NCBI GenBank assembly: GCA_051362555.1 | Contig: CM120642.1 | Location: 11,222,001 to 11,286,000, forward strand | DNA length: 64,000 nucleotides | From: Lingula anatina | Taxonomy: Eukaryota; Animalia; Brachiopoda | Direction of reading: 5' to 3' | Part shown: piece by piece, positions 10,138 through 22,800 of the stretch | Position numbering within the stretch: the stretch's first letter is position 1 | Layout: every line of letters starts with the position of its first letter | Made by a program: the position numbers and the translations under genes | The notes under the pieces: model-generated | The model's database searches: none | Seen by the model: the letters and a program-made list of their open reading frames with translations, nothing else | What the model was told of the DNA's origin: nothing

Positions 10138-13036
10138 TTATTTCATCTCCACAAATGACTGGAACAGGGGCAGGCTAACTTCTCCATTCTGCAAATAAAT
10201 ATGGGAGTTATTTCAAATTAAAATTGGTAACACTTTTTACATTTCCTCTTCCCTTTATCTCAGAGTGACTTCATAGGATTTATGACATTATATTTAAGCC
10301 AATTTTTAATTAAGTGAAGATAATATTACAACCCCGCTACTGATTTCAATCATTATATTAACACAACTACAGTTCATGGGTTACCAGGTAACCGTTTGCA
10401 GTAACAAACTACTCACTTTGGTTTGACTTTGTTCCAAGAGGCAAGCAATCAGTTTGGTGACATCTGCAACATAACCATGTACCTGGCAGAAAATGAGATC
10501 ATTATTATTATTATTTTAGCCTGTGACATGAGTCATCAGTCTAAAGCAATGGAATGATAGGTCTGTGGTTGGGCCGGTGAAAAATTGGATTTTTAAAAAG
10601 AAAAATCAGTCTGCAATTGGTCCTACACCTGTGGTCATTAAAAATTTTTTTGGACCAGTACATTTTTCTCTAAGTGTGAAAAAATGGTCTGATAAGGCCA
10701 CTAGATTTTTTTCTAGATTTTTTCAAAAGAGCTTTTGATTTGTTTCAATTTTTTTTTCCGAAATGTAACTAAAACATGATGATTCTAAATCAAAGCTATT
10801 ACTATTAAGACTCCTACAATAGGGTGCAATGTTCAGTCCTTTCAAAAATTTAATTCAGACCAGTGAATCCTGATTTGAACCATCCTGATTTTAGGAAAGT
10901 GGTGGTCCTAATGGCCTGTAAGCTGAAAAGTTTATAACCAAACTCAAAAATGATATTGGTTGTTTTAGATTTTTTCAATCTTCTATAACTTTGATCTTGA
11001 GACTATTAAATTTGATTCGAACTAGCAGTGTTTGTTTGTGTACCAGTCCAATTGAGCTGAAACTTGCTGGGACTTTTGTTTCAACCATGTACAATTACAA
11101 ATTGTATTGAACACTAAGTCTTATACTTTGCACTCAAAATTAGAAAACAGAATGAACCTTGACCAGTTAATAATTTGGAAACACTGAAAAATACAATAGC
11201 TCTTTAAAAAACAATCTGCCAAAGAAAATCACAAGGCATCATTAATTTACCATATGCACATGGTGTCCACCAGAGTGTTTTATCATAAGGCGTTTACTAA
11301 TAAAATCATTGCTTTTTGACACAGCTGCAACCTGAAGTAAATAGCAAATTCACTTTCATAAATAGCCTAACAAAAGGACAATTCTTTAATCAACATGCAT
11401 TATCAATTTTGTTGTAACAAATGAAATGCTTTTCTAGAAGAGCAAGCATGGTTAATAAATTTACTTAAAATTTGCTATCAACTGTTGATAACGACAAAAT
11501 CTACATTCATGCCACAAAGATATTTTTATGATAAAAACGCAGGATTACATTTTATTTAATTCTACACCATCAAGTGATCAGTTTTGTTTAATTACAGATG
11601 GTATAACAATGTACACTTTCAAAATGGCTAAATTTCATGAGTTAAATACTTTACTTTCATAAAATGTTTAATAAATAGAATGTATACCGTAATAAACTTT
11701 CTCAGGCTTGGTGACCAAAGCTGAAATTCGTTTCTACAACTTTCCCACATGGCAAGTTGGGGTGCAGGTACAGAGCGCATCCTACAGTGAACATCAAATA
11801 TTAAATACCTCTGGCAACAGTTTATGACCTATACCTGTTACAAGTCCATCTAATAATAATATGAAATAAAAAGATTTCCAAAAACAAAATACCATGCTGT
11901 TGATTATAGATTACAAAAACTGACAATCTTACACCAACCCTTATTTGCTATATCTAAATCAAGACACATAATCATGATAAATCTTTGTTATTTAGTACCA
12001 GTATATGTATGTGTACTAGATGTATATGTTTCTTTATGGGTACTTGATGATCGAAACACTTCTAACTTGCCTGCCATAAGGAAAAATCTCACTGGTTGTT
12101 TTAGGAGTATAAAGTCTCTGCAAGAGGTCAACCATCTCTTGGTACATTATATCACTTTCACTGCAATTCACAGTAGCAGCACATAACTGAACCTGACAAT
12201 AAAAAAGAATTTATAATCACACCAAGGTTTATGTCACTGCTTAAATAGAATATTTTATAAGTAATTTTACAAGTACATTAGTTCATTATATTAAGATTGT
12301 TTTTTCATTCACAAACAGGCAACACAATTACCAACTAGAGAAATGGTAATGCACAAATTGTATTGTATCGTCATTAGTATATCATATTGCACAAGGTCAT
12401 GACAATCTATGTACCAGTACAGAAATAAATTGAATTTATTCCTTTAATCATATCTGCTTATACTCTACTTTTCTTAGTTTTAGCACACCGAAAAAAAGTC
12501 TTAAGTCAAAAAATGTCAGGCTGGCCTATTTGACCTCTGACAGGTGCCAGTGTCTTATAGTTTGACACCTGTCAATTTGTTGTTGATTTGAGAATAATAT
12601 GAAAACAGTCCAGAATTGGGCTGTAGGGTAGTCTGCTTTTCAATTTTGTTGCCATCACAAGATAGGAATGTTCTCATTTTAAGAATATTACAAATGCATA
12701 ACGTGTAAAATTCAATTTTCTGCATTGAAAAGATTGAATCATTACCTTATGCCTGCTAGTGTCATCAGGCATTTACAAGTAGCAAATGTTAGTCCTGTGA
12801 AGCTCAAGCTGCATGGTTACCAGATATGAGTGTTGTTAATATCTCTTGTTAATTATCTTTAAAGTGTTTTGTCTTAATTCCAAAATGCTAAATAGTTGCA
12901 CTAAATCATACTAATAGTATGGTCAACAGATGATGGCATATTTACCCTTGATGATTGACATGTGTTGAACAGGCTTGGCCCATTCAGATCTTCTTTTGCT
13001 TTAACAAAACAAAATAATGTTAGTCCTTAAAGTGTT

Positions 13037-13071
<35 letters not shown>

Positions 13072-13487
13072 AATAATTCTAATTTCTTTAAAAAGCTGAA
13101 GAGTTGTAGGAAAATACACACTGATTTTTGAAAATATTTTACACAATCTAGTCATTTTTCCATGTGAACTATTGTAATTTTTTTAATTAGGAAAAAGTTC
13201 TTCAGTAGAATTATTTACAAGGATAAGAAGAAAAACACACAACTTATTGACACAGAAACATCTCATAAAGTTTGTTTCATAAATAAACCAGTCCAAACCT
13301 GCCCAAGCTTACCAGGTTGGTAATGTCTACCCACAGAATACCATTTAGCTGGCAAACTCTTCTCCCAGATATAGTTCTTTGTTATGTAGGCTTTGGATAT
13401 AAAACATACCACATTGTTAACAATAAAACTGTGATTAAAAGCTAATGTCTAAAATAATTGAATAGTCATAAAAGTCACACACACACA

Positions 13488-13559
<72 letters not shown>

Positions 13560-16500
13560 TTAACCTGTACAGCTGGAATATAAAAAATTGTTGGCAGAAA
13601 CTGAAAATGCAGACTGGACAGGAAATAAAATAATGGTGTGCACTATGCAACAGAGCACAGTAGGGTCATAAAAATGATTTATTAATTTATTTATTTTACT
13701 ATGAATTGGTTTATTTTCTCATTCATTTATCTATAAATCAACTTATTTTTACATGTAACTAATTTATTACCTGTGGCAGCCATGTGGCTGACGCCAGTCA
13801 GGTGATAGGTAATACTCCATTCCAGACCACCAGCCGATCCAGGCTGGGTCTTAGTGGAGCTAGACTCAGAGTCAGGACTATCTCCATCTTCAAGGTCTCC
13901 TCGGCAAGACAGAGTCAATACCTGTATGAATTACAGGAAAAAATTATCTGTGGTTGAATTCAAATAATTTCCTTATTTCTAAACAAAAAATCTTATTCAT
14001 TATTTATATTTAAAGTTTTATTTTTCATTTTTTGTTATTTCAAACTGAAGCGGCTAAATGGTTTAAGAAAGAAAATTGTTTTTTTCCAGGTTAATTTTAT
14101 AATTTTATGCAAAATTGCAATGCACTGCACCTACTTGAAGCAAAAAGTGTGGAATGTTCAAAGACCAAATTATTCACACAAATGAGATATGACAAACCTG
14201 TTCAGGATCTTCTGTGTCAACACCACAACCTTCCTAAGATTAAATTTTAAAAAATCAAACAAGAGAATACTTGTTCAATAAGTGAGAAGAAATGGGGATA
14301 AATAAGAAAACAATGTCACTTTACATCTCTGAACCAAAAATATCCTAAACACACTGAACTAGTACATGTACACCTATGAACTTAATATTAAATTGACCTA
14401 CAGTATACATGTATCACTAAAATGACCAAGATGACATATGTATACTCCACACAGTAAAGCAGAAGCCATGTAAAAAAGAGTGGATTAAATCTATGCTAAC
14501 AAAGTATTTTTCCTCTTTCTCCTTGAGTGACAATCTCAGGACAAATTTAATCCTAATATAACTGTCTACCCACCACAACAACAGATTTGAACATATCTGG
14601 ACAGGAAAGAGGGGTAAAGCCTGCTTCTAACAACTGGTCAGAGAAATGGTCAACCAAAGAGAGCTCTGCCTCAGCCAGCCTTCCTTCCAAGTAATATGCT
14701 TTGGGGCTGACACCTCTGGAAAGAAACGGGCATTCAAAATATGGAAAATGACAAAATGACAGATTAAACAGAACAGCAAATACCAGTAAAAAACATAACT
14801 GGGATTATTCAGATGATATTTGTATTAATTTTACAAACAGTAAAGGGAGAGCAATTGTTGATACTTTCTATTCAGAGCACTTGACAATATGTTCCCATTC
14901 TTCTGTAAATTTCAAAATTACCTGAAGTGTATATTTCCATCCGGGAGCCGACTTGCCAATTCAACATGATCTTTGTATGATATAGGAGGCTCTGAGAAAT
15001 CATAACATTTCTTAAGTTGTTATGTGTTTCAAAGTGGCATTCTGGTCTAAAACATAATTTTAAAAATTAAATAATCAAGTAATACTGATTATATTTTTCT
15101 AATAGTATGTCATTTGCAGCAACAGAATGAAATATTAAGAATCCTTGAATATAATTTTTCATGCTTTTCATACATACCCATTTCCTTAATAAACTGATCA
15201 GCTGAAGAACAAGTTTTATGATGTTCCAACAAAATATTTTCATGGTCTTTCTGGAAATAAGACAAAATGGAAACGCTAAAAAAATCAAATTTAATCAGCA
15301 AGTTGGATACAAAGTTTTATGAAGTACAGAATTATGCCTTTGCAAGAACTTCTCAGCTTATTTTAGTTAGCACTTTACAAAAGGTAAAAGTTTCAGTTAC
15401 ATCATTACATGCTGCCATGTCTGCAAATAAAAATAAAAATAAAAATGATTCAACTTTAAATAAAGTCTAAAATTGTCTACAACAAAGTGACTTAACTGTA
15501 CAGATGTCCAACCAGTTAGGAAGTTCCAGAACTTGTATCATGATTTTATCTTCAATGTCAAGCCACTGGTCCTGAGTTGGTAGAATAAAAAGATGGAAAA
15601 AAGTTATTTAGCAAGAAACATTATTTCTTTAATTTCCTCCATGTATTAGCATCAGTTACCACCAACCATAATTCTACTGATTAAAAAAAAAATTGTAAAA
15701 TTTACATATTGCCAGTGTATGCAGGTCAGCGGTTTTTAACATTAGGAACATAAGTGCAATTCGCAATCAGTTGTCTGACTCTGCTGCAGCCACAGTCATA
15801 AATTGTTTAGTTACATCTCGATTAGATTACTGCAACTCCATTTTATACGGTTGTCCAAAGAAACAAATTGCCAGACTGCAGCGCATTCAAAATATTTCGG
15901 CCAGATTATTAACTCAGACATCCACAAGGATACACATTTCCCCAATTTTAAAAAGTTTACACTGGCTACCTCTACAAGCCAGAATTTTATTCAAATTTTT
16001 AGTTTTTACTCACGATGCTTTTTATGGATTGGCACCAATCTACATCAATGAATTAGTTAGTCACTATGTTCCAATGCGAAATCTGCGGTCTGTAGACCAA
16101 TTGCTACTCAACCCAGTAAAAATGCGATTAAAAACCTACGGTGATATATCTTTTAAAGCTGCAGGTCCAAAGGAATGGAATCTATTACCGCTGGAAATCC
16201 GAGCAATTCAGTCTACCAAACATTTTAAAAAAGAACTCAAAACATACCTTTTTAGGAAATATTTTGATTAACTCTTAATTGGTTTTATAAATCTTGTATT
16301 AATTGCATTTAATTGTATGGAATAATGGCTGTTTAACCTAGATTTTATTTATGACATTTTATGTAGTATTATTTATGATATTTTATGTAAAGTCTACTGA
16401 ACATTTTAAATGGATTTTAGACTTAAAATAAATTTATTATTATTATTATTATTATTAAAATACTGAAATTACGATTCACCTTTAACCCAGATAACTCCTC

Positions 16501-17819
16501 TCTTAACTCCCTTCCTCTCTTGGTCAATGTTTTCATTCTCTTTACTGCTTCGCTGGTTTTCTTGAAAATAAATTAAGCAAACATTAATGTCTGTTTCCAA
16601 CATACAAACTTACTTGCATAATATTGCAATAGTTCTTCTTTTAAGTAAAATGTGTGTGTGTTGTGAGAAGGGTTTATAGGTACTAGTAGCGGGTATCAGG
16701 TTTAGTATCATTGAGACTTGAACATTATATGACATTTTTCAAGTAACTCCATCACCCCCTGATTATGGTGATAAAAAAAAAATAATAATCCTTACGAGCA
16801 TTACTCTGACTTACCCCTGTTGTCTCAAACTGGCCTACCAGGAGCTTAACTTTCTTTGTAATGTCTTGTTTTTCAGTCTCTACCTTCTGGAATACATCTC
16901 TGACTTCTCTAAACTTTTCATAATTCTGCATCTGAAATTAAAAGGAAACAAAATAACAATATTAAATAAGAAAAGCGAAGAGTGGCATTGTATTATAATT
17001 ATCCTGGAAGTTCGAAAGAACTTGAAATATTGTTATCATAATGGGGGGGGGGACTTCAGGGCAAAATGATTTTAAGATGACAAGGCAATCTATACGATCT
17101 ATATAGACACTAATACATACAATTAAATAATAGAGAAATATGGAAAAATAAAGATAAGAAATGAGCATAAAAGGCTGTGAAACACACGTACTAGCATATT
17201 ACCAAAATGTGTCTTTTTATCAGAATTTTTCCTTAAATATGTCAATGCTCACCAAAATATCTATGTCCAGCCTCATTTTCCTCCTGTTAATATTTTCTCT
17301 AAGTTTAGGAATATTCTCCTCTGACAAGACAGCATCCACATCAACATCAGGCTTTACAATCTTTTGGGAACTTGGGTATCCCTTGCGAACGTGGAGGGCT
17401 GATGATGAGAACCTCATTGATGCTTGGTTCCCGATACTACTTAAGGCAGAGGAACAAAAACATTTTCCACTTTTGTGCACATTGAGTGATGACCAAAGTG
17501 ATCCTAAACCCTGGTTGAACTTGCTCTCATTTTGTGGTGGTAAAGCATATCTCGATAAGTTCCTTACACTTTTTAAATGATGAGAGGATGAAGAAGCCTT
17601 CGTCTTTTTTTGAGACAACTGTGCTATCGGTATATTTGTAGAAAGAAGGGAAGTCATATTTTTATGAAGGTAAAGAGATGATACAGAGCAAGATGACCTA
17701 ATACAGAATTGAAATGTCATCTTTTTAAAGGGTGACAGCATACATTTAGTTCCAATTAATCCTTGAGCATTCTTCAATATATGGAGATACAGCCCAGTTG
17801 GCGAAATACTCATTTTCAT
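10138..17819 (-). CDS. SLIMP: SLIMP-type seryl-tRNA-synthetase-like mitochondrial protein (degenerate SerRS2 paralogue), 16 coding exons, ~618 aa from the first in-frame ATG
   Basis: Exons 17253-17819, 16815-16931, 16480-16560, 15497-15571, 15178-15250, 14922-14991, 14574-14715, 14198-14233, 13771-13921, 13313-13390, 12946-12998, 12071-12192, 11688-11781, 11251-11331, 10417-10482 and 10138-10188 splice in frame. The protein is colinear with mitochondrial SerRS (RGRELR, LELPN, AYYLEG, PDMFKSVVVEGCG, DFISKRLMI, LIACLLEQSQ) but catalytic motifs are replaced. The start codon is uncertain (alternative at 17657). Confidence 0.88.
13491..13557. repeat. (TA)n microsatellite; others at 19825-19873, 51427-51478 and 51832-51901. 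Homopolymers at 7028-7048 (C), 18135-18182 (A), 35876-35920 (T) and 54493-54521 (T).
   Basis: Seen directly in the sequence. Confidence 0.95.
15703..16457 (+). mobile_element. 5'-truncated L2/CR1-group LINE 3' end (C-terminal part of ORF2, 3'UTR and (TTA)n tail), antisense within a SLIMP intron
   Basis: HIASVCRSAVFNIRNISAIR...SRLDYCNSILYG..QRIQNISARL..HISPILKSLHWLP..RI.FK..F..AGP.EWN.LP..IR..FKKELKTYLF, followed by a short (TTA)n tail. Confidence 0.9.
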
Positions 17820-18133
17820 CTTTCCCTTGAGAATAAAAATCTAACAGTTTTAAAGTGACCGTTCTGGCATCTTAAAAAATTCCTCTGTAGTTCACAGTTC
17901 ACATAGTCCTCTTACTGCTAGCAGTGACCAGTGTCCAGCTAGCAGGCTTCTTCTCATAAATTCAATATACTGTACATGTACATCCTGAGTTAATGTTGAC
18001 AAGTTGCATCCTGAAATGCACAAACAGCCTAAAATTAAGTCATCGGTGTCAGTTTATTTCAATATTTTTCAAGCCTGATGCTGCAGTCCACTATGATATA
18101 AATAATAGCAACTTGCTGCTGAAAAGCTTTATC

Positions 18134-18184
<51 letters not shown>

Positions 18185-18539
18185 AAAACACTGGACAAAA
18201 TTATGATGATAAAATTTTCTAGAAATTAATTATTCTCAATTCGTTCATATAAAAATGGTCCTAGAAAACTCAGGTTTTAGATTAGCACAATGATTTAAAA
18301 TGCGAAGGTGTATCATAGCAAGAACAGGGAATGAATCTTACTCGTCAAAAGATCAGTTCTTAGCATGTACAGTATATACAACACACGCGGATATCCAGCT
18401 CGGTGCTTGGCTATGTTCATGAAATCACATACTAGCATTATTAACGTTAGGACATTCAAAATCAATTACCATAGGGATCTGAATAAAATCCTTGAATATG
18501 CACTGAAGACAGAGCGAACTACCTTAGACTCAGACTGGA

Positions 18540-18720
18540 CTGAAGCAGAAATCACGTTTAACTGTGGGAGAAGCCATGATGAGGTCAGAGGGTAAAGGTT
18601 ATCACAGAGGTCAATGGGGAGCAAGAACGAGGCTAACACACACCCGGGAAGTTGAAGTTTATTTTCTTCTTGCGGTCTCTTTGTTTACTGTTTTTATGTG
18701 ATTATTTCAATTGTTGAAAA
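18540..18720. promoter_or_regulatory. Probable bidirectional promoter between SLIMP (minus) and the bromodomain gene (plus)
   Basis: Divergent 5' exons (minus-strand donor near 18341, plus-strand acceptor near 18816) flank a short segment with an ETS-like CCGGGAAGT at ~18644. Confidence 0.5.
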
Positions 18721-18940
18721 TGTTCGAAGTTACATATTTTAAACCATTCTTATAAATAAGACAATGTTTACGTATCGTTATAAATGACCAAGCATTTTAA
18801 TTTTGATTGTTTACAGGAATTGCACTGTTTGTAAACACAGCACGGCATTTTGTTGAAGAAACAACAAGACGTGCACCAACGCTACAAGCACGTGGGATGT
18901 TTTCGAACGTTAGATATTCGATCACATACAAAAGTTATTG

Positions 18941-19823
18941 ATGGATAACTTTGCAGTTCAGCCGATGAGTTCAGTATGTAGTCTACTTTACTTATTGTCG
19001 CTTGCATTTGAAATTGCCGGCAGGAGGGGCATAAAAATAATGACTTGGCATATTTTACATGTAATTGCTTGTGTAATATAGACGTGAGGTTCATATGTAA
19101 ACTGCTGGTGATAGCTGTATATAATTTATTTATTAGTTTATTTATATTTAAACCTTATCCGCACGTTTTTCTATAATTTACTTACTTGTTAATTTATACA
19201 TGTAATTCTGAGTTTTTAAAATTGTTATATTTTATTTGTTGATTACAATATACTATAATCAGTTGTGGTTTACTTCATGTACATAGGGTACATTTGTTAC
19301 ATGTTAAAAGATATAGATGTGACATTGCATATTTAATTGGGGCTCTATGATGAAAAATGTGTGAGTTTGTTCTCATAATTAGCCACAAGGCCCGACCGAG
19401 CTAACAAAAATTAAGATGTGATCAATAAGCAGACAACAGTCATATTTACATAGTTAAAAAATTATATAAACATGAAAATAAGAATGTTTATTATTTTCTA
19501 TCATGCTTTTTCTTATTTATGTGCTGTTTTACAAAACATTATGTCAGCTTCACTGCTAGTTTCAGAAGGACATGGTTTTTTTAAAGTCATAAAGTATATG
19601 GTTATACTAGTAATAGTGGAAGTGTAATTTGAATTAAAATCTTGGTGCTTTAAATTTAATGCAGGAGTTTTCCATCATTTTTTTAATGAAATATAGTCTG
19701 TAGGTGGCATGGATTTTTATGTCATATGTCTATCTTTTATTTATACTGGTAGTAATGAAATTTACAAGTGTGAAAATGGGGAGGACAGCAGTTTGGATGA
19801 ATTTGTTTTATTCATTCAAGAAA

Positions 19824-19877
<54 letters not shown>

Positions 19878-22800
19878 ATGTAAATATATTTGTCACATCA
19901 CTTTGAAACAAAACACACTATTTCTTTTTGTTTCCTTTAAATATTCATGTTCTCCACTAACCTGAACATCCAAATATGCCATATACCATTATGTCCATTA
20001 TGAAATCTTATTACTAATTAGACATGAGCTTTTTCCATGGGAAATGTGGAATTCTGCATTTTTTAATTCAGTTTTGATGGTTCCTGAGATTCATCTTGTC
20101 TGAGATTCGATAAATGTTCAGAGTGTTTTCCTGAAACCTGACTGACTAATAGTTGATGTAAAGTAATACCACCTACGTGAAATGAAACTGGCAAGTGGGA
20201 TTTCTTGCTTGTCTGTTTACTTGTTTTAATCTAGTTGATCTGCTTCATTGCCCTTCTTGTCCTTCTTGCTCTGTCTTATTTTTACTTGGTTTATCTAGTT
20301 GATCTTGCTGTCTTTTTGCTTGTTTTTATCTAGTTGATCTGCTGCATAGTCATGAATCTTTGTTTTTTTTTTCTTTCCAAATAATTTAAAAGCTCTTTTT
20401 TTGTGGAAAGGAAATTGTTTTAACATAAAAACATTTAATATTAAAACAGCTTGTGTTAAAAATTAGGAACAGTGAAATACATAGGGTTTGTGTTTCAATT
20501 AATTTGGCTTAAGTCAAGTAAACAGACCTAGCTAGTATGTATTAGAGTTACTTTGAGAAGAAATTGAAAGAGATAATTAAAATTATACTTATGTGCCAAA
20601 ATAGTTTAGGTTTCCTTTAGTGCATAAATAAAAAATATGATTAAATTCAACTTTAATTGAATGGATTAGGAGGAGCATGCATAAAAGCTGACCTAGTGTA
20701 CCGGTATGTACTCAGGGAAAGGTGACTGAAGCACTACAAAAGTCATTTAATGGAGCATGTTCCAGAAATACAATGGGATTGTGATGCTATAATAACATCT
20801 GTTAGCAAATTATGACTTTTGAAACCCATCTCTGATTTACTAGTTCGCTTCCTTTTAACTGACTGCTTTTTATTTTCAGCGATGTATGGAGAAAACAAGT
20901 TTACATTTTTTTTCATATTGCAGAGTAAAGGAATTGAAACTTTTGAGGTGAGATATAGTTCATCTGGTGTGGAGCACCATTCCAAAGACCTTCGCCAAGG
21001 AAAGGAAGAGCCCAGCGATCCGGACCATTACCATGTAAAGGACAGTAATATGAAAATAAAAGTTTTGCATTGTGATTGTTGCACATTCAAAAAGAAAACT
21101 GAAGCAGAGATTGCAGTACAAGACAACAGCAGAGAAGAGAACAGTGACACTATTTATCCAGGTCACCAAAAGAGAAATTGTTCTAGACTGCAACAAATAG
21201 GTTCACAAAGGAGAGAAGACAGAATTCTGAATCATGATTCTAGAAAGATCCATTCTCAATGTAATGATGACACTCACATGTCCCAGTCATTAATAGAACA
21301 GGCAAAGAGCATGCTGCACCATGAGAACAATGCCCCTCAGGTTAGTCCTGCTTCTAGAAATTTACCTGAAGAATCTGGATTCTGTCTCCATCAGAAGGCA
21401 GCAGGGGACATCTTTCGTCATGACTCTCTTAACTGTGAGCTTGGATTGAAAAAGGAAAAATCTTCTGGTTCGACATGTTCACAAAGAGCCAGTAGCTTTA
21501 CAAAACCAAGACCTGTCCAGCATTCTCAAAGTGCAGTGCCCCTCAGAGAACAGAGTTCTTATTTCCAGGATTGTTCAGTTGAGGGTTTGAGGGAGTCCTT
21601 TAGCCATGATGGAAGCAGTTGCATGCTGTCTGAAGGTTCTCTTGTCATTACAGGCACTGCCTGTAAAAACCAACTTAACCACAAGAATGGCACTGACACA
21701 AGCACAACACTGGATGGTGACCTCTCTCATGTAAAAGGGCTTGACATGGAGTCGATGGAAGAAACAAAAAATGAAAGTTCAATTGTGCACCCCCTTGCGG
21801 AGGAATCGGGCATCCTGATGCCCGACCTTGAAGTGCGAGGTGAACCGAAACAGGTTCATGTGGCAACTACTGATGACTGTTCTATTTTTGATAATGCAGA
21901 AGGGATAGCAGATAGTATGTATGAGGAAGACATGATCAAAGGGGATTCATACATGAATAATAACACAATGCTGAATGTCCAAGGAACACAGATAAGGATA
22001 CCGCTGCTCAGTCAGTCAATTTCTTCAAGATTAACCCAAGAGGACCAAGAGGTTTCTGCTCATGACAGTTTATATGAAGAAGATATTTTATCAAAGTCAG
22101 ATTCTGGTGACCACTACAAAGATGTATCAGTATTAAAGGGGGTACGTATAGGTGACCTGGATAGCAAAAATCCCAGTGAGGCAGTACAGACTGGATTTGA
22201 TTCCCTCAGTGTATCAGAAATATGGTCTTTCGATCATGGCTGTCAAGGACAAACCACCAAAGAGTTTGATCAGTCAGGCACAGATGAAGGTTTTGGCAAT
22301 TTAAACTCTTTTAGTAAACCATACTCACATGTTTTGCACAAACTGAACAAGTTGACAACAAAGTATGACAGGGAACCTGGCACTACACTGTGTGCTAACA
22401 TGAGGAGTCTTGTTCTGCAGATAGCAGATGTAGTTGGGAAGATTGCAAGCACCACTGGAGCAGTTGATATTTTACATGGACAAGACAGTCCACTTGCTGA
22501 CAATATTGATCTTGTCACAGTCACATCAACTTTGTCAAGCTATCTTGAGACTTGTTGTTATACTGTGTCAGAGCTGAACATGGCTTTATTGGAAGTTGAT
22601 CAGGTTGATGTGGAAGACATTTGTTACCATAGTGATCTGGAAGGTAAAGCTGAGAACAGTAGTAGGATTTGCAGTATAGGCAGCATCATGTCAGGACATG
22701 AGCAGATTCAGGACTTTTTGGTGGCATCTGAAGTTAAGAAGTATGGTGATACAAGTTTTAATGAGAATGTGTGCAGAGGAGAATCAGAGAAAACTGTGCC

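Noticed and set aside
13435-13650. ORFs with IYIYIY runs (also 19709-19906 and 51200-51526) and poly-K (17993-18229)
   Set aside because: Translations of microsatellites and homopolymers.
10138-17819. Canonical mitochondrial seryl-tRNA synthetase SARS2
   Set aside because: The TxE loop and the motif 2 and motif 3 arginines are all substituted.
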